DNA of 63,428 nucleotides, filler included, from Licmophora abbreviata (taxonomy: Eukaryota): NCBI GenBank assembly GCA_900291995.1. It is 10 parts of 10 records of this genome, joined end to end, with 100 filler letters (N's around TTAATTAATTAA, not from the genome) between each part and the next. Parts side by side here need not be neighbours in the genome. Positions count along the whole stretch, not along the records: positions 36,145 to 52,524 come from OLMU01003051.1; positions 52,625 to 56,208 come from OLMU01003054.1; 8 more parts are not named here. The stretch is one strand, 5' to 3'. Below are positions 44,428 through 56,308 of the stretch, one piece after another. Under the pieces are notes generated by a model. It saw only the letters and a program-made list of their open reading frames with translations, was not told the origin of the DNA and did no database searches. The translations under genes were made by a program, and so were the position numbers. Positions within the stretch are counted from its first letter, which is position 1; each line of letters begins with the position of its first letter.

Positions 44428-45933
44428 TTACTTGTGCGCTTGTAGAATTTTGGGTGTCGCGTGGGGCAACGTGAGATTCCTCATTAGATTCTGGAACCAA
44501 ACTGGAAGGTGTCGATTCAAGAGGAAGACATACTTGCCGTCACATCCTACCACCATCTGAGGGGATGGATGGATTAACTCTATGGCTTTTGTCAGTTCCT
44601 GCGTCACAACCTTGGCTCTCCACTCGGCCTGTTTGGGGATGTCGATGCCCAGTTGAACGAAGCGCTCGAACATGTCTGCAAACAATCATAATTAACGCAT
44701 AGGACGGATGTTAGCAAATACGTACAAGACGAAACACAACCACTGTTTATGAAGATATATAAGTGCACAGCAATGCCATAGTCCTTACCTTCACCGTATT
44801 CATCACGCGTCTCCTTGGGCATCGCATTCCACTTGTCGAAAGCTCTTGACCTCATCGAGTTGGTCAACGGGGTAGAATGAAACGAAGGGTTGACAGTAAC
44901 TACCTTGACGCCAAACATGGTGAGCTCATGTGAAAGACAAGACGAAAATGCTTCTGCTGCAAACTTGGAGCCAAAGTATGGTGCGGCCAGGCCACTCGTG
45001 ATGAGTCCGGCGCACGAAACCATATTGACGACTCGTGCATGCGGATACGGTGCGCTCTGCGCAGCCTGGGATTTCAGAATAGGATAGAAGGCCTTTACAG
45101 TGCGAATCATTCCAAAGTAGTTGACTTGAAGAAGGGTGCAGAAGGAAGAGAGCGTCAGAGGGGGGCGAGTTTGTGAGCGGGCGGGCGAGGGTGACAACCC
45201 ACGGCATGCATCCCAATTGATAAAAGCCCAACGCACCATCCATGTTTCGCTGAAAGGTGGAAACATCCAACCAATCAATCAGCCCACCATCTCCAATTCC
45301 AGCATTATTAACTATCGCATGCAAAATTCGTTCTGATTTACTGGCGGTTTGTTCATCAGAAAGCCACAGCGACACTTGGCGAGACGCTGCTTGCACCTCG
45401 TCATCCTTGGTGACATCCATCTTTAGGGGAAACGCTCGTGGATCGTCTGAAAATTTAAAGACCAACAAGTGAATAACGTAAGTTTCAATGAACAATGCAT
45501 AGAGCCTCCATGAAGCGACCAAACTCTACAACAACCTACCTTCGTACTGCTTCATCGATTCTTCCGCCAGACACCCGGCAAACACGACGTATCCCTTGCG
45601 CGACAAGGCATGGGCGAGATCACAACCAAAGCCCGAGTCACAGCCCGTAATCACCACAGCCAGCTCTCGATCTTTGCCATCCTTCGACACATGGTCGACA
45701 CGACGCTCTCGCCATCCGAGTAGATACAGAACAAATTTGCCGGCGGTGAGGAAAGCCATGGCGATGCCCACGAGCGGGGAGAAGAGGACGAGAACGACCG
45801 TCCAGTACCAGCCGTAAAAAAGAAAGTCGAAGGGGGCCGTGTGGAGGAGTTCATTGATATAGTGTAAGACGGGATGAGGCCCGCGGTTTCTGGGATCCTG
45901 CTGGTCAGCCAATACTGCCGTCGAGGATGCCAT
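44428..45933 (-). CDS. Membrane-anchored short-chain dehydrogenase/reductase (BDH1/RDH/HSD17B-like); exons 45933-45540, 45446-45237, 45124-44789, 44675-44428
   Basis: [40 protein letters not shown], catalytic YFGSK. Confidence 0.9.
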
Positions 45934-46157
45934 GGTCGAAGCGGCGCTTTCTCTTTTTTGGGATCGCGCGATGTTGTCTCGCGTCACTTGTTTCCTAGTC
46001 GACTCACTCGACTCACTAGAGTATGGATCGAGAAATAAGTTTCTTTAGAGCTCGTTGTCAAAACACTTCTCGCTGCGTACGAGCTCCAACGTGTCACGGG
46101 CCGCGCCCGAATTTTGCTCTCCAAAAAATACACCCAGAACGGCACACTCCGTGAACC

Positions 46158-46808
46158 ATGGCGACTTCTTCTTTTTCTTCCAGCTCTTCTTCTTCTTCTT
46201 CGAAGAAGCCCGTTCGCTATGAGCGATTGTTGCAAGTGCTTCAGAAAGCCTTGAATGAAAGTCGCAAGTCGTTTGATGTGGACCAGGCCATTCAAGACTG
46301 CTACGGCGAGGAAGGCATGATGGTCTTTGGCAGCAATGACAACACGGCAGACGGCAGCAGCAAGACGCTCTTGCACACGGTGGTGGACGGCATGATGGAG
46401 AAGGTGCAAGATTCCGTCTACGAGGACACGTTAAAGGTGCTGGAGGAAAAGCAAGTGGAGACGAAATTGAGGGAGCTCGAGGACGTCGTGGGTGTCTTGG
46501 ACAAGGCCGAGCAGGCACGGGATGCCAAGGAAGACAGCGACAGGCAGTCGGCCAAGCAAGCGTGGAGGAACGCTCAGCTCCCAGAAGGGATTACTCCGGA
46601 AGATGTTGTCTTGTATCGCGCTTATTCGATTCTACAGGAACAGAAGGGTGTATTGGAAAAAGAACTGGCCAAGGTGCTGGAGGAAAACACAACGTACGAG
46701 CAGCGACTGGTGGATGCGGAGGAGAACGTCAAGTCGAACATTCGGGCCATGGAAACGGCGGGAGCAGAGCTGGAGCGAACGGCGGATGTGTGTTCCATGG
46801 TATCGTAG
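46158..46808 (+). CDS. NNF1: Nnf1/PMF1-like kinetochore MIS12-complex subunit
   Basis: RYERLLQVLQKAL...DCY, VETKLRELEDVV, LPEGITPEDVV and a C-terminal coiled coil; 216 aa. Confidence 0.65.
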   Translation: MATSSFSSSSSSSSSKKPVRYERLLQVLQKALNESRKSFDVDQAIQDCYGEEGMMVFGSNDNTADGSSKTLLHTVVDGMMEKVQDSVYEDTLKVLEEKQVETKLRELEDVVGVLDKAEQARDAKEDSDRQSAKQAWRNAQLPEGITPEDVVLYRAYSILQEQKGVLEKELAKVLEENTTYEQRLVDAEENVKSNIRAMETAGAELERTADVCSMVS

Positions 46809-46937
46809 GGAAAAATAGTAAGGAGGGGGCGGTGAGAGCGCGATAGCTGCAAGTCGATGTTACAGAAGTAAGATAGTCGTGGGTGCTGTTGGCATTACTG
46901 TTATGCAAGAGTAGTAACAAAACCTCTATACTTTTGG

Positions 46938-49900
46938 TCAACCACGAAAGAGAAGTTTAAAATCGTCAAGCGTCGGTCTCGCGTTTGGATTCGACGATAT
47001 CGATTGAGCCGCGTTCCCATCGCTGAGCACGCCACTGGCCATGTCTTGCTTTCGTCGCTGGAGCGCCACGATGCGTTCTTCCACACTGTCCGTCACAACA
47101 AACTTGCGCACCCGTACGACATCGGCCGACTGTCCGATACGATGAATGCGATTCACGCACTGATCTTCGACGGCAGAATTCCACCATGGATCGACAATGA
47201 ACACGGACGAAGCGGCGGTCAGGTTGATGCCGACGCCTCCGGCTTTCATGGACACGAGCAGTACGGAACCTTGACGGCGCGCGTCTCGTGCGGTAGCATC
47301 CTTCGCCGGATGGATTGTCGAGGTGCTGCTGCTGTTGCGAAACTTTTCCAGAACCGAAACGCGTTCCTTGAGGCTCAACTTGCCATCGAGTCGTCCGAAG
47401 GGAATGTCATGCTTGCGAAGTGAACTCTCCATGAGATCCAGGAATCCGAGAAACTGAGAAAACACAAGCACTTTTGAACCAGGGTCCTTCTCCCAAACGT
47501 TGTAGAGTTCCTCCACAACAGCTTTCAACTTGGAGCTGTCCGCTCCTCGAAGGGCGTTCTCAAGGGTCTGACGAGCCATACTGTCCACCGCACTCTTGGG
47601 GGGCTCGGTCGTGGCGCGAATCGCATGGGTAGTATTCTTTGTATCCGTCAAGAAAGAAGTCGTTGTGCGACCGTGACCCGAAGATTTCGACAAGGCAATT
47701 ATGCGCTTGGCCTCAATGGTCTCTTGGCATATGGGACACTCGCCATCGGGACAATCAAGAGTGTTCAGGAGTGAGCGCTGACCCCCATCCTCCCCGTCGC
47801 CTTCGTTCTTTGCTGCTATCTTTTGTTGGGCACTCTCGCGAAGCATCCGCACAAGGCATTGGCGACAAAACACGTGAGCGCAAGGAGTCAGGACGGCATC
47901 GTGAATCCGAGGTTTATCGAGGCAAAACGCGCACTCGTCGTTCACATGCGTAGCTCCGGCCTTGACTGCCCTATTGAGAGCATGCGCGACCTGAGACGCA
48001 TACTTCATTGCTGGTTCACAGGTCTCACGGTTGTGGCTATCCTGCGATAAGTCTGAGTTCTCCTTTTCAGCCTGCTTCGAATTAAACTTCTCCAGTAGCC
48101 CTTCAAGGAACTGGAGCCGAGAAAGTGGAAAGAGGATAGCAAGTGAGTTAAAGGCAGCATCACTCTGTGGTCCAAAACATTTCAGAAACACACTCACGGC
48201 GTCATTGACTGAATTCTTTGCTACTGGCAATTTCTTCGCGACGCGAGTCTCTGCCGCACCAACTGCCGCGTCGGTCGATGACACATTCGCAATCGTCGTT
48301 GGATTCCAGTCTGATTCTTCCATGTGAGCCTTGACGGTGAGCGCAACGTGGTCGCATGCCTGCCGAAGGCGGTGCAGAAGGCTAAAGATCGCAAACCAAG
48401 ACTTCGAGGCCATTCCATCCTTCATGTATCCCTCGAATACGCTCTGCGATCGAGAGAGAAGCGAGCAGTAGAAGTCACGCTCCGCTGGAGAAAGTTCTAC
48501 CTTGACCGTGACGTTCTCTACAGGTGGGAGGGTTAGGATCGGTTTCCTTTCAGAACCAATGTTAAGCAGCGAAATGTAAGGTCTTTGTAGTTCGAATCGT
48601 ATCTTATCCATCGCATACAACTTACCCGTCCATGGCCAACGAGTCCTTAGTGCGTCGCAAGATCAACGGTGCAAGGAGGCGCCGTACACGACTTTGCGCA
48701 TCATTCATACAATGAGCATTTGCGGTCTTGTCAGTCAGATTGACACCTACGGTTTCTTCGCTATCGCCATCGTCACCAGACTTTAACGGATCCACCGCAT
48801 TGGTGATGGCAGCTTTCCAAAAGCCTGCCTCACACCACGGCTCATGTCTGAGAAACTTTAACAGGGCGTAGATATCTTGAAGCGAGTTCTGAATCGGCGT
48901 GCCACTGACACACCAACGTTTTTCTGCCTTCAACAGGCAGCAAGCGCGAGATGCCAGAGTCGAGCTATTCTTAACACAATGCGCCTCGTCCAGGATCACC
49001 CTGGTCCATTCGAAGCCCAGAATTCCTGAAGTCGAGGCAGTCTTCGTGGCCTGTTGAAGCTCCGCTTGTAACGTTCCGTCTGAAATAGTGGGAACAAGAC
49101 GTGGTGAGAGCCAGACAAACAGCTATCGTTTGCAATGATAGACAAAGTCTTACATGTAGTGAACACAACATCGACATTCTTTAAGCTCCAAGCATGCAGC
49201 GACCCCCTCGCCGAATCACCATAGTATACTCGATGACTCAAGTTTGTCTTGGACAGTAGCTCCTCTTCCCACTGAGAAATAAGAGAGAGTGGCGTGACTA
49301 CAAGTGTCGTTCCGTTGGGTGCTGATTTCTCTTGAGATTCCGGCGCGCCAAAAGCTTCGGTTTCTCGTTCTTTGGACTTCAGAATGAGCGCCAAAAGCAT
49401 GACCGTCTTCCCCAGGCCCTGTGTGGGGTTTGGCGGAACGAAAAAGGTTGGAAAGAGAAATCGCACCGTCTGCACGCAGTAGCATATGGACTACATACCA
49501 TGGCATCGGCCAGAATTCCGCCGACACAGTGACTGGGCGGACTGGGCGGCTCGGCAGACGCTACTCCAATAAGTTCATTCACCTGAAGATGAAGCGAGGA
49601 GCACAATGGCGAAGGTGAGTCTATGTCCACCGGTTAGATAGGAAGGCGACACGACAATTTAGCACTTACGTAGAACGAAATAGCTTGGGTCATATCATGG
49701 GTGGCCAGGAAGCGTCGGTGCCAGAGAGGATGTTTCGCTGGGTTCACAGCGCCTTGAATCGTTTGCGATTTCACAGCGGCTTCAGGAGAAACTTTCACCG
49801 GGCCCACTTCACACATGATGTGGTCCTTCAAGTTGCCTGGAGAAATCGAAGGTGTCACTTGAGCAGCACTCCGTGCTAACTCCGATAGTAGTGCGAGCTC

Positions 49901-51211
49901 TTTTTCCAAGGACTCTCTATGTTCACCACCGCTCTCCCGACCCAGCATCCAATGCAACGCTTGCCTTTGATAAGGACGGAGCTCGACGGCCTCCTTAAAT
50001 CCGGCGGGGTCTGACTCCTCAGGAAAGTGTTCTTCGATGGAAGCAGCAGCACCATCAACTAGACCCTTGGCCCACTCCGACGCTTCCTCTTCGGCGCCTT
50101 CACAAGCGTCCGTTTCAAGCTGGGTTTGACCCACAACAATTTCGTCGCCTTCACTACAGGCATTCCCATCCTCAGTTGGAGGCTCTTCACCTCCTTGGGG
50201 AGGTTCGAAGTGATACTGCTCCCCGTATTCCGCCCATTGCAAAAGGCCAAACGCTGCCTCCAGTATCGGCAAACCTTTCTTCTTTTGCAATTTGGTCGGT
50301 GCCGGTCTATCCTTGTGGGCGCCAAAGAACTGCGACGCGGCTGATGACGAGTATTCCGCACTGCCGCGAGAGTCAAAGAGACCAAAGAATGCTCTGGTGT
50401 TCTCTGCAAAGATTTTCAGTGACACAGGGACTTCAGCACCGATCGCCAGTCCTCGCAGCTCCATGAGCGCCTCGGCCTCAATGGAAATGAGTGTGTCGTC
50501 TTCGTCGCCGTACCGCAGCAGAGGCGTCAGCAAAGCTGCCAAGTTGGATTGCAATACTCCTTCGATCCGGGATCCCTTGAACCGCACCATAGGCGGTCCC
50601 TGCAATGAGTGCGACACCTCCAGGGTTTCCTGGTAATCCGCGGCACCATATTTCGTCGTGCATGTGCCGACGACCCATCGTTGACACAAGAGCAAGTGCG
50701 AGTCATTCCTGTGCGATGACATACCTGGAGTAGGAGTAACCTTCAGAAGAGATCCATACGAGACCAATGAAGCATTATGTTCAGCTGTCGATAGCGAAGC
50801 CATCATAGTGTCAGCTGCTGGTTTCTTGTCGGATAGTGATGGGGTCACGCTGATGGCGCCTTTGACTTTGCTTGTTTCTACTAGTTTCGGTCTTTTCGCC
50901 GCCGGTGGTTTGTCTGAATCGTTCACCTTCGATCCTTTCTTTTTATCGGTTGCTGGACTGGATGCGCTCATGTCGAAGAAAGTGCTCTTGTGTCGTTGAA
51001 ATTGGCCCGTCATGAGTCGCTCCGCCGCCAGCTCAACATTGCAAGCGCATTGTCTCAAACAGGCCGAAAGATCCGATTCCTCGGCGTCTGAAGGTACAAA
51101 TTCTCGCAGCATTTGAAGTTTCGACAGGAAGGAAGTATTCTGAGTAGAAACATCGTCGGAGTGCTGCTTGCGCTGTATGGAAGCGGACGAAGCCCGTCCA
51201 CGGTGCGCCAT
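46938..51211 (-). CDS. RAD5: Rad5/HLTF-like DNA translocase-E3 ligase (CUE/UBA-like + HIRAN-like + SNF2 ATPase + RING); exons 51211-49670, 49582-49499, 49418-49154, 49079-48626, 48546-48198, 48110-46938
   Basis: LRPYQRQALHWM, GGILADAM|GLGKT, TLVVTP.SL..QW, VILDEAH, RWCVSGTPIQN, LRQACDH; RING CAFC...TPCAHVFCRQC...CPIC; KVLVFSQF, KAGGVGINLT, DPWWN, RIHRIGQ. Confidence 0.92.
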
Positions 51212-51823
51212 GGTGATGATGATGTGAAATCTGTCTGATGAAATCTGGACCAAAGTTGCCTCCAACAAAGGAACCCGGCGTTTGTCGTACAAAAGATACC
51301 ACGCCTGCATTTGGGTTGCGCGCTTGTTTCAAACTCGCGCTCCGTCTCATCTCTCGCATCAGTCATGGAGCGTCTCAATGTGAAGAGTTACCTATAATTT
51401 GCCATGGGAAATAAGATTGGCGCCCCATTGACGAGGGGCCAAACTGATGCAGAAGCATGTGAGTTATCAAGTTTTTCTCAGGCGACCGATGATCGTATCT
51501 GGAGAAAATGGAAAAGTCGACGACCTTATTTTCTACAAACGCTAGTCTTTGGAGGCGCTGCTTCTTAGTATAGCAGCGAGACAAGAATGTGTAGTGTAGC
51601 CAACATGAACACAGCAAAAATGATGCGAATAGATAGTTCCAACAGAGGCTGTTGATGTCGCACTTTGGGGAAGGCTGTGCCGAGTCTACACCATCTATTC
51701 TGCGATGCAACCAATTGCTTTTCGCAACCACACTCTTTAGCTTATAGTGTTTTGAGGTACAGTACAGAAAAAGGAGGGCATGGGCATGCCGTGATGGTAC
51801 CATGTTGTGTATCACTGCACACA

Positions 51824-52468
51824 TTAGTTGAAAGGCAACTCAATCGACGGCAACGACGGAAGCGGGATGGACGGGAGTGTCACAAAGCCATCGACGAGCA
51901 AGTTCTGACTAAAACTAAAGAAGCCTGCGACCGCCACCAGGAGACCTAAAAATGCAATTTCCTTGGGCGACGGAGAAAAGGGTGCCAGCAGCCGCAAGAC
52001 ATAACTCACACCCAATCCAACACTGACGGCCGTGGCAATACCCAATCCAGTGCCTACCTGGACCATGTCCCCACTCGTCACCATGGGACCAGAGACGAAG
52101 GAAAGAACGAGGGCTGCGACTGCAGCAGGAATCAAAACCTTGGCGTGATCGAACGAAGGTGCCTGAGCGAACGACCAGAGTGCCTCGCCGACGGCCACCA
52201 CCGCCAAGCCATAGTTCTCCTGACCAACCACAAGTCCCACCACATCCAGGTCCGGAACGGCTGCTTGTAGTGACGAGATGGGTCGACTGTATTCCGTTGC
52301 ACTTGTCGTTACGGATGATGAAGAGGAAGTGCTCCATAGGACTCGTCGTGATGGTGGCGCAAAGGCATCGCACGCCATCATCGACATCATCAGGAGGAGC
52401 AGCATCGTGCCGTAGCCACCACCACTGGCTAGAAACGACACGGTCTTTCTAGTACTACTACTTCTCAT
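51824..52468 (-). CDS. Hypothetical plastid-targeted membrane protein (~4 TM helices)
   Basis: Signal peptide with CDA|FAP (ASAFAP-like) cleavage, Ser/Thr-rich transit peptide, hydrophobic helices, C-terminal LPSIP repeats. Confidence 0.75.
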   Translation of the reverse strand: MRSSSTRKTVSFLASGGGYGTMLLLLMMSMMACDAFAPPSRRVLWSTSSSSSVTTSATEYSRPISSLQAAVPDLDVVGLVVGQENYGLAVVAVGEALWSFAQAPSFDHAKVLIPAAVAALVLSFVSGPMVTSGDMVQVGTGLGIATAVSVGLGVSYVLRLLAPFSPSPKEIAFLGLLVAVAGFFSFSQNLLVDGFVTLPSIPLPSLPSIELPFN

Positions 52469-52524
52469 CGTTCTACAATCTGGTAGCAAGTTTCGGAAGC
52501 TTAAAGTTCACACTGACAGCAGCG

Positions 52525-52624
52525 NNNNNNNNNNNNNNNNNNNNNNNNNNNNNNNNNNNNNNNNNNNNTTAATTAATTAANNNNNNNNNNNNNNNNNNNN
52601 NNNNNNNNNNNNNNNNNNNNNNNN
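52525..52624. other. Artificial contig spacer
   Basis: 44 N + TTAATTAATTAA + 44 N. Confidence 0.99.
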
Positions 52625-52984
52625 TAAGGAATCCATCTGTACTAGAATGGAACATTCAGACAATAGATCATTACCACTGCATTGCGTCGCTGCCGATGCC
52701 TTGCTGAGACTGTTCCACTCGTCGTCTCGCATCATTGTCCGGCGTCGGCACGTGGATGTATATCAGTCGAGTCTCTGTGAATTGTGTGGCCGACATGAGA
52801 AGACGATGAGCGTAGTGGCAACATGACGGAGATTCCAGATTCCATCGAATATGGAGCGAAAATTGAAAATTGAAAATTGCTGTCACACCATGACGACGAC
52901 GACGACGATGCACAACAGCATAGCTGCATTTCAGGAGTGCAACATACTAACAGCAGCAGCATCCTCATCACCGGCGATCCGACC

Positions 52985-55020
52985 ATGGGCCGTGAAACGA
53001 TCCATATCTCCTTGGGCTCGTCTGCAAATGCCATTTCGGCACATTTGGTGAACCTTCAGGGCTTGGGGGCTACCAATGGGACGTGCGATGCGTCCATCAC
53101 CCATCAACAGCATCACGCATCGTCGAATCATGATAAGAATGCTGTGCAGGTGCCTCGCGTACTATTTGTCGACGAGCGAGGAGGAGGAGGATCGTATCAT
53201 TATTCGTCAGAAGACAACAACAACAACAACACCGTGTCGACATGGAACGGATCCGTGGAAGTTCGTCGTGACGGAGACTCCGTTCCACATCGGCGCCATG
53301 ACGAGCGGACGGCCATGCATCATGCGGCCCATACGCTCGCCTACGCTCCGCACTCTCGCTACCGACAGTCTGCAACGAGCAATAATGATGGCTACTATAC
53401 AACAGCGAGTACAAACAGGCATGTACAATGGGATGACGAAGAGGAAGACGAAGAAGAAGAGGAAGACGAAGAGGAGAGACAAAGAAGAAAGGCACGTGAA
53501 CACTATACATGGCGAAATCAGACGCAAGTGCCACTGGAAGATCAAATGGAGGCCTTTTGGACAAGTGAAATTACACCTGAAGCATCATCATTAGAGTCGA
53601 ATAAGGATCAGAGCTCTGTAGACGACCTGCATTGGACAGACTATTGGATGCCTCCGTATCCGCGGAATGCAAGGGTGACTTTGCCCTATTCAAGTGAGTC
53701 TTACAATGTCGTCGATGCATGGGATACCTACCAGAACGGCGTATCTTACATCAAGAACGACGCCGACGATTCATTGTTGGAATACTTGCGCAAGATTTTG
53801 GAAGAGTGTGATGCCGTGCAGGGAATGACGATTGCAACCCAAGGACATGGCATCTACGCGGGTTTGACCACGACCCTTTTGCAAGAGATGAAAGACGAAT
53901 GTCGAACCGCCGGTCGTCTCGTGTGGCATGTGGTGGAGGATACTACCAGTGCATTCCAGAATGACGAAAATGAGGATGCATCATGGCAGAAAGCGCATAC
54001 CGATCGTGTTCGTAGGTACATTCAGGAGGGCTTGTCGCTGTATGATATGACGAGTCATGCGCACGCCGTGCTCCCCCTCTCGCTGCCTTTTCATCTTAGC
54101 TTGTTTCAGAGCAGTGCACAAATTGCGCTTGCTCTAGAAGCGTCGACTCTGCCCTATCGATTCAAGTCCAATCCTACTCAAAGTAGTAGTATGGAATCCA
54201 GAATTGGACTGGTGCATGGGTTCTACGGAGGGTCTGGGGTGGCGGACGAAGGGTACGGAGTTGCCTCAAAGTTATCCTTTGGCGAGTACCTGGCGTGCTT
54301 ACAACCGTCACCCAACCATTGCATTCTGGAGTTGGACGCATCCCCCGAGTCGACGTTGGATTCGTCCTTACTGGCGACGGGGACCAGCGTCGAACGCAAA
54401 CGAATGATGCAGGGTCAGCGTGACGTGAATCGGCCCAAGGACGTATTGCCAGGAGCATGGCTAGAACAGTCGCGGGGCGATAAGGCTCTCTTGCAGAGCT
54501 TTTCACCGATGCACGATACAAGTGAGCGATCCCTGCACCATCATTTTGCCTTGTCCTCTTCCTTTCGACCGAGTAGTCATCCTTTGGTAAATATATCGTC
54601 GACAACAAGTCAGCACTTGACATGTTTAGTGGAAAGCATGGTGCTTCGATATCGACCAGAGGTGTCAATGGCGAGTGTAACGAGCGATAGCATCGCTTCA
54701 CTAACGAATGGTGGGTACGGCGCAGGTTCTTACTGGAAGTCATTAGGAGTAACTGCATCATCATCCGTGTTGTCGTCGTTGGAAATACAACCCGAAGTTA
54801 TCCATATTTGCATTCTGTTGCGTCCAACATGAAGAAAGTACTGTCACCGAGGTTCCGAGGCTATCATGGCCGAGATGCCGCCAGCGGCATTCTTCCCGAA
54901 GCAGAAGACTGTGACGAGGCTCTTCAGCATTGCTTTCACATTCGCGACGTCTACTACCCTCCGGATGCCAGTGGACTCGGAGTCGATGAGGAAGGTACAT
55001 ACTTTGAGAGCAATGTGTAA
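52985..55020 (+). CDS. MSTO1: Misato/Dml1 tubulin-related protein with an apparent frameshift at ~54770-54781
   Basis: MGRETIHISLGSSANAISAHLVNLQ, PRVLFVD, WTDY, LRKILEECDAVQG, FQSSAQIALALEASTLPYR. The C-terminus continues in another frame (GNTTRSYPYLHSVASNMKK...FESNV). Confidence 0.8.
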
Positions 55021-55065
55021 CTAATAAGGTCTCCGCATGCGAACCAGGACTCTCCCTGGCGAATA

Positions 55066-56208
55066 CTATAATTCTTGTCTTGTGTAGGCTAGAAGCGACA
55101 TGAAACTCCTTTCTTTCTGGTGAAGAAACACTCGTTTCGGGCGAGGATCCTCCGACGATGATGTGAACGCTTGCTTGACAAGTTCGCTCGCTCTGAGTTC
55201 CACCCCGTGCTTCGTAGTCCCGCGCCTCCCTTGCGGTCCCATCAGTGGAAGCTGAAAACTACGCGTCGCCTTGACCAGTCGCTCCCAGAGTGACTCTTGA
55301 AAGTCCGGACTACAGGGAGCAGGCTGCCATCGATCTCTCGCGTTACTCAGATCGCGAGATGCATGTTGAGTCTCGTCCACTGCACTCGTGCTTAGATTGT
55401 ACCCCGTGGGCGGCGGTTCGTCCGCCGGCCAAAGATTGAACAGAAGGACGCTTCTCCCCAACTCCTCTTCTGGTTCATGCACCAATTCGTTTTTCGATAA
55501 GGAAGGAGTCAGCCACAATTCCGAGGGTCGTGGAACGGCATGCAGCAAGTTCCCTTGAAATCGAAGGAGGCGTCCTTGCACCGCGGGCACCACAAGCAGC
55601 TCCACATCTCGGTTCGGTCTCATCATATCGCCACCCTTGGTGATATTGGGAAAGACCACGGTAGGACCATTGACACTCGATCCCATTTTCAAGTACAACA
55701 CATGACCAAACTGTGGATGTCGGTCGGGTCGATTCGATTGCAGCGATTCTTGCTCGCGTCGATACTTTTCATCGAGATCGGCGTGTGCCAGCGTGTGGTA
55801 CCACTTTTGTTTGGCCCAGTATTCGACGTAGTACCGTGGCTCGTTACTTGCAACGGGAGGTTCTAGGTCAAGTAGAATCTGATGGATGACTTGCTCCATG
55901 TAGCTTGGCTTGTGCGAAGCCTGCAAGGGCCAGAGAAAGACAACATCGTCGTTGTCCCACGCCGAGCAGGCCTCGTGCATTCGTAAACAGGTATCTCTCG
56001 ACAAGACATTGTCAAAGACTTGAATTGAAGCGGAAGGTGTGCGATTTAGATAGGCAGCGATATCAGGAGCGACGATCAGCGTCACGACGAGACAAGCCAA
56101 GAGCGCAGCGAAAAGAAATGACACAGATGACGCCGGCGCAGTGACGACTTTTGTATTTGGTTCCACTCCATTTTGCTTTCGTGTGACTCTTACGACTCGC
56201 CTTTTGAC
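55066..56208 (-). CDS. 2OG-Fe(II) oxygenase-like protein with N-terminal TM helix, 5' partial (open to the contig edge)
   Basis: VEYW, HADLDE (HxD), HVLYL, GPT, RLLRFQGNLLHAV (distal His), RSVLLFNLW. Confidence 0.78.
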   Translation of the reverse strand, partial: VKRRVVRVTRKQNGVEPNTKVVTAPASSVSFLFAALLACLVVTLIVAPDIAAYLNRTPSASIQVFDNVLSRDTCLRMHEACSAWDNDDVVFLWPLQASHKPSYMEQVIHQILLDLEPPVASNEPRYYVEYWAKQKWYHTLAHADLDEKYRREQESLQSNRPDRHPQFGHVLYLKMGSSVNGPTVVFPNITKGGDMMRPNRDVELLVVPAVQGRLLRFQGNLLHAVPRPSELWLTPSLSKNELVHEPEEELGRSVLLFNLWPADEPPPTGYNLSTSAVDETQHASRDLSNARDRWQPAPCSPDFQESLWERLVKATRSFQLPLMGPQGRRGTTKHGVELRASELVKQAFTSSSEDPRPKRVFLHQKERSFMSLLAYTRQEL

Positions 56209-56308
56209 NNNNNNNNNNNNNNNNNNNNNNNNNNNNNNNNNNNNNNNNNNNNTTAATTAATTAANNNNNNNNNNNNNNNNNNNNNNNNNNNNNNNNNNNN
56301 NNNNNNNN
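56209..56308. other. Artificial contig spacer
   Basis: 44 N + TTAATTAATTAA + 44 N. Confidence 0.99.

Noticed and set aside
11967..48197. Stop-free introns of 3n length (11967-12086, 14332-14442, 48111-48197) that read through in the ORF track
   Set aside because: Three out of roughly two dozen short introns is not clearly above chance, and there is no evidence here for regulated retention.
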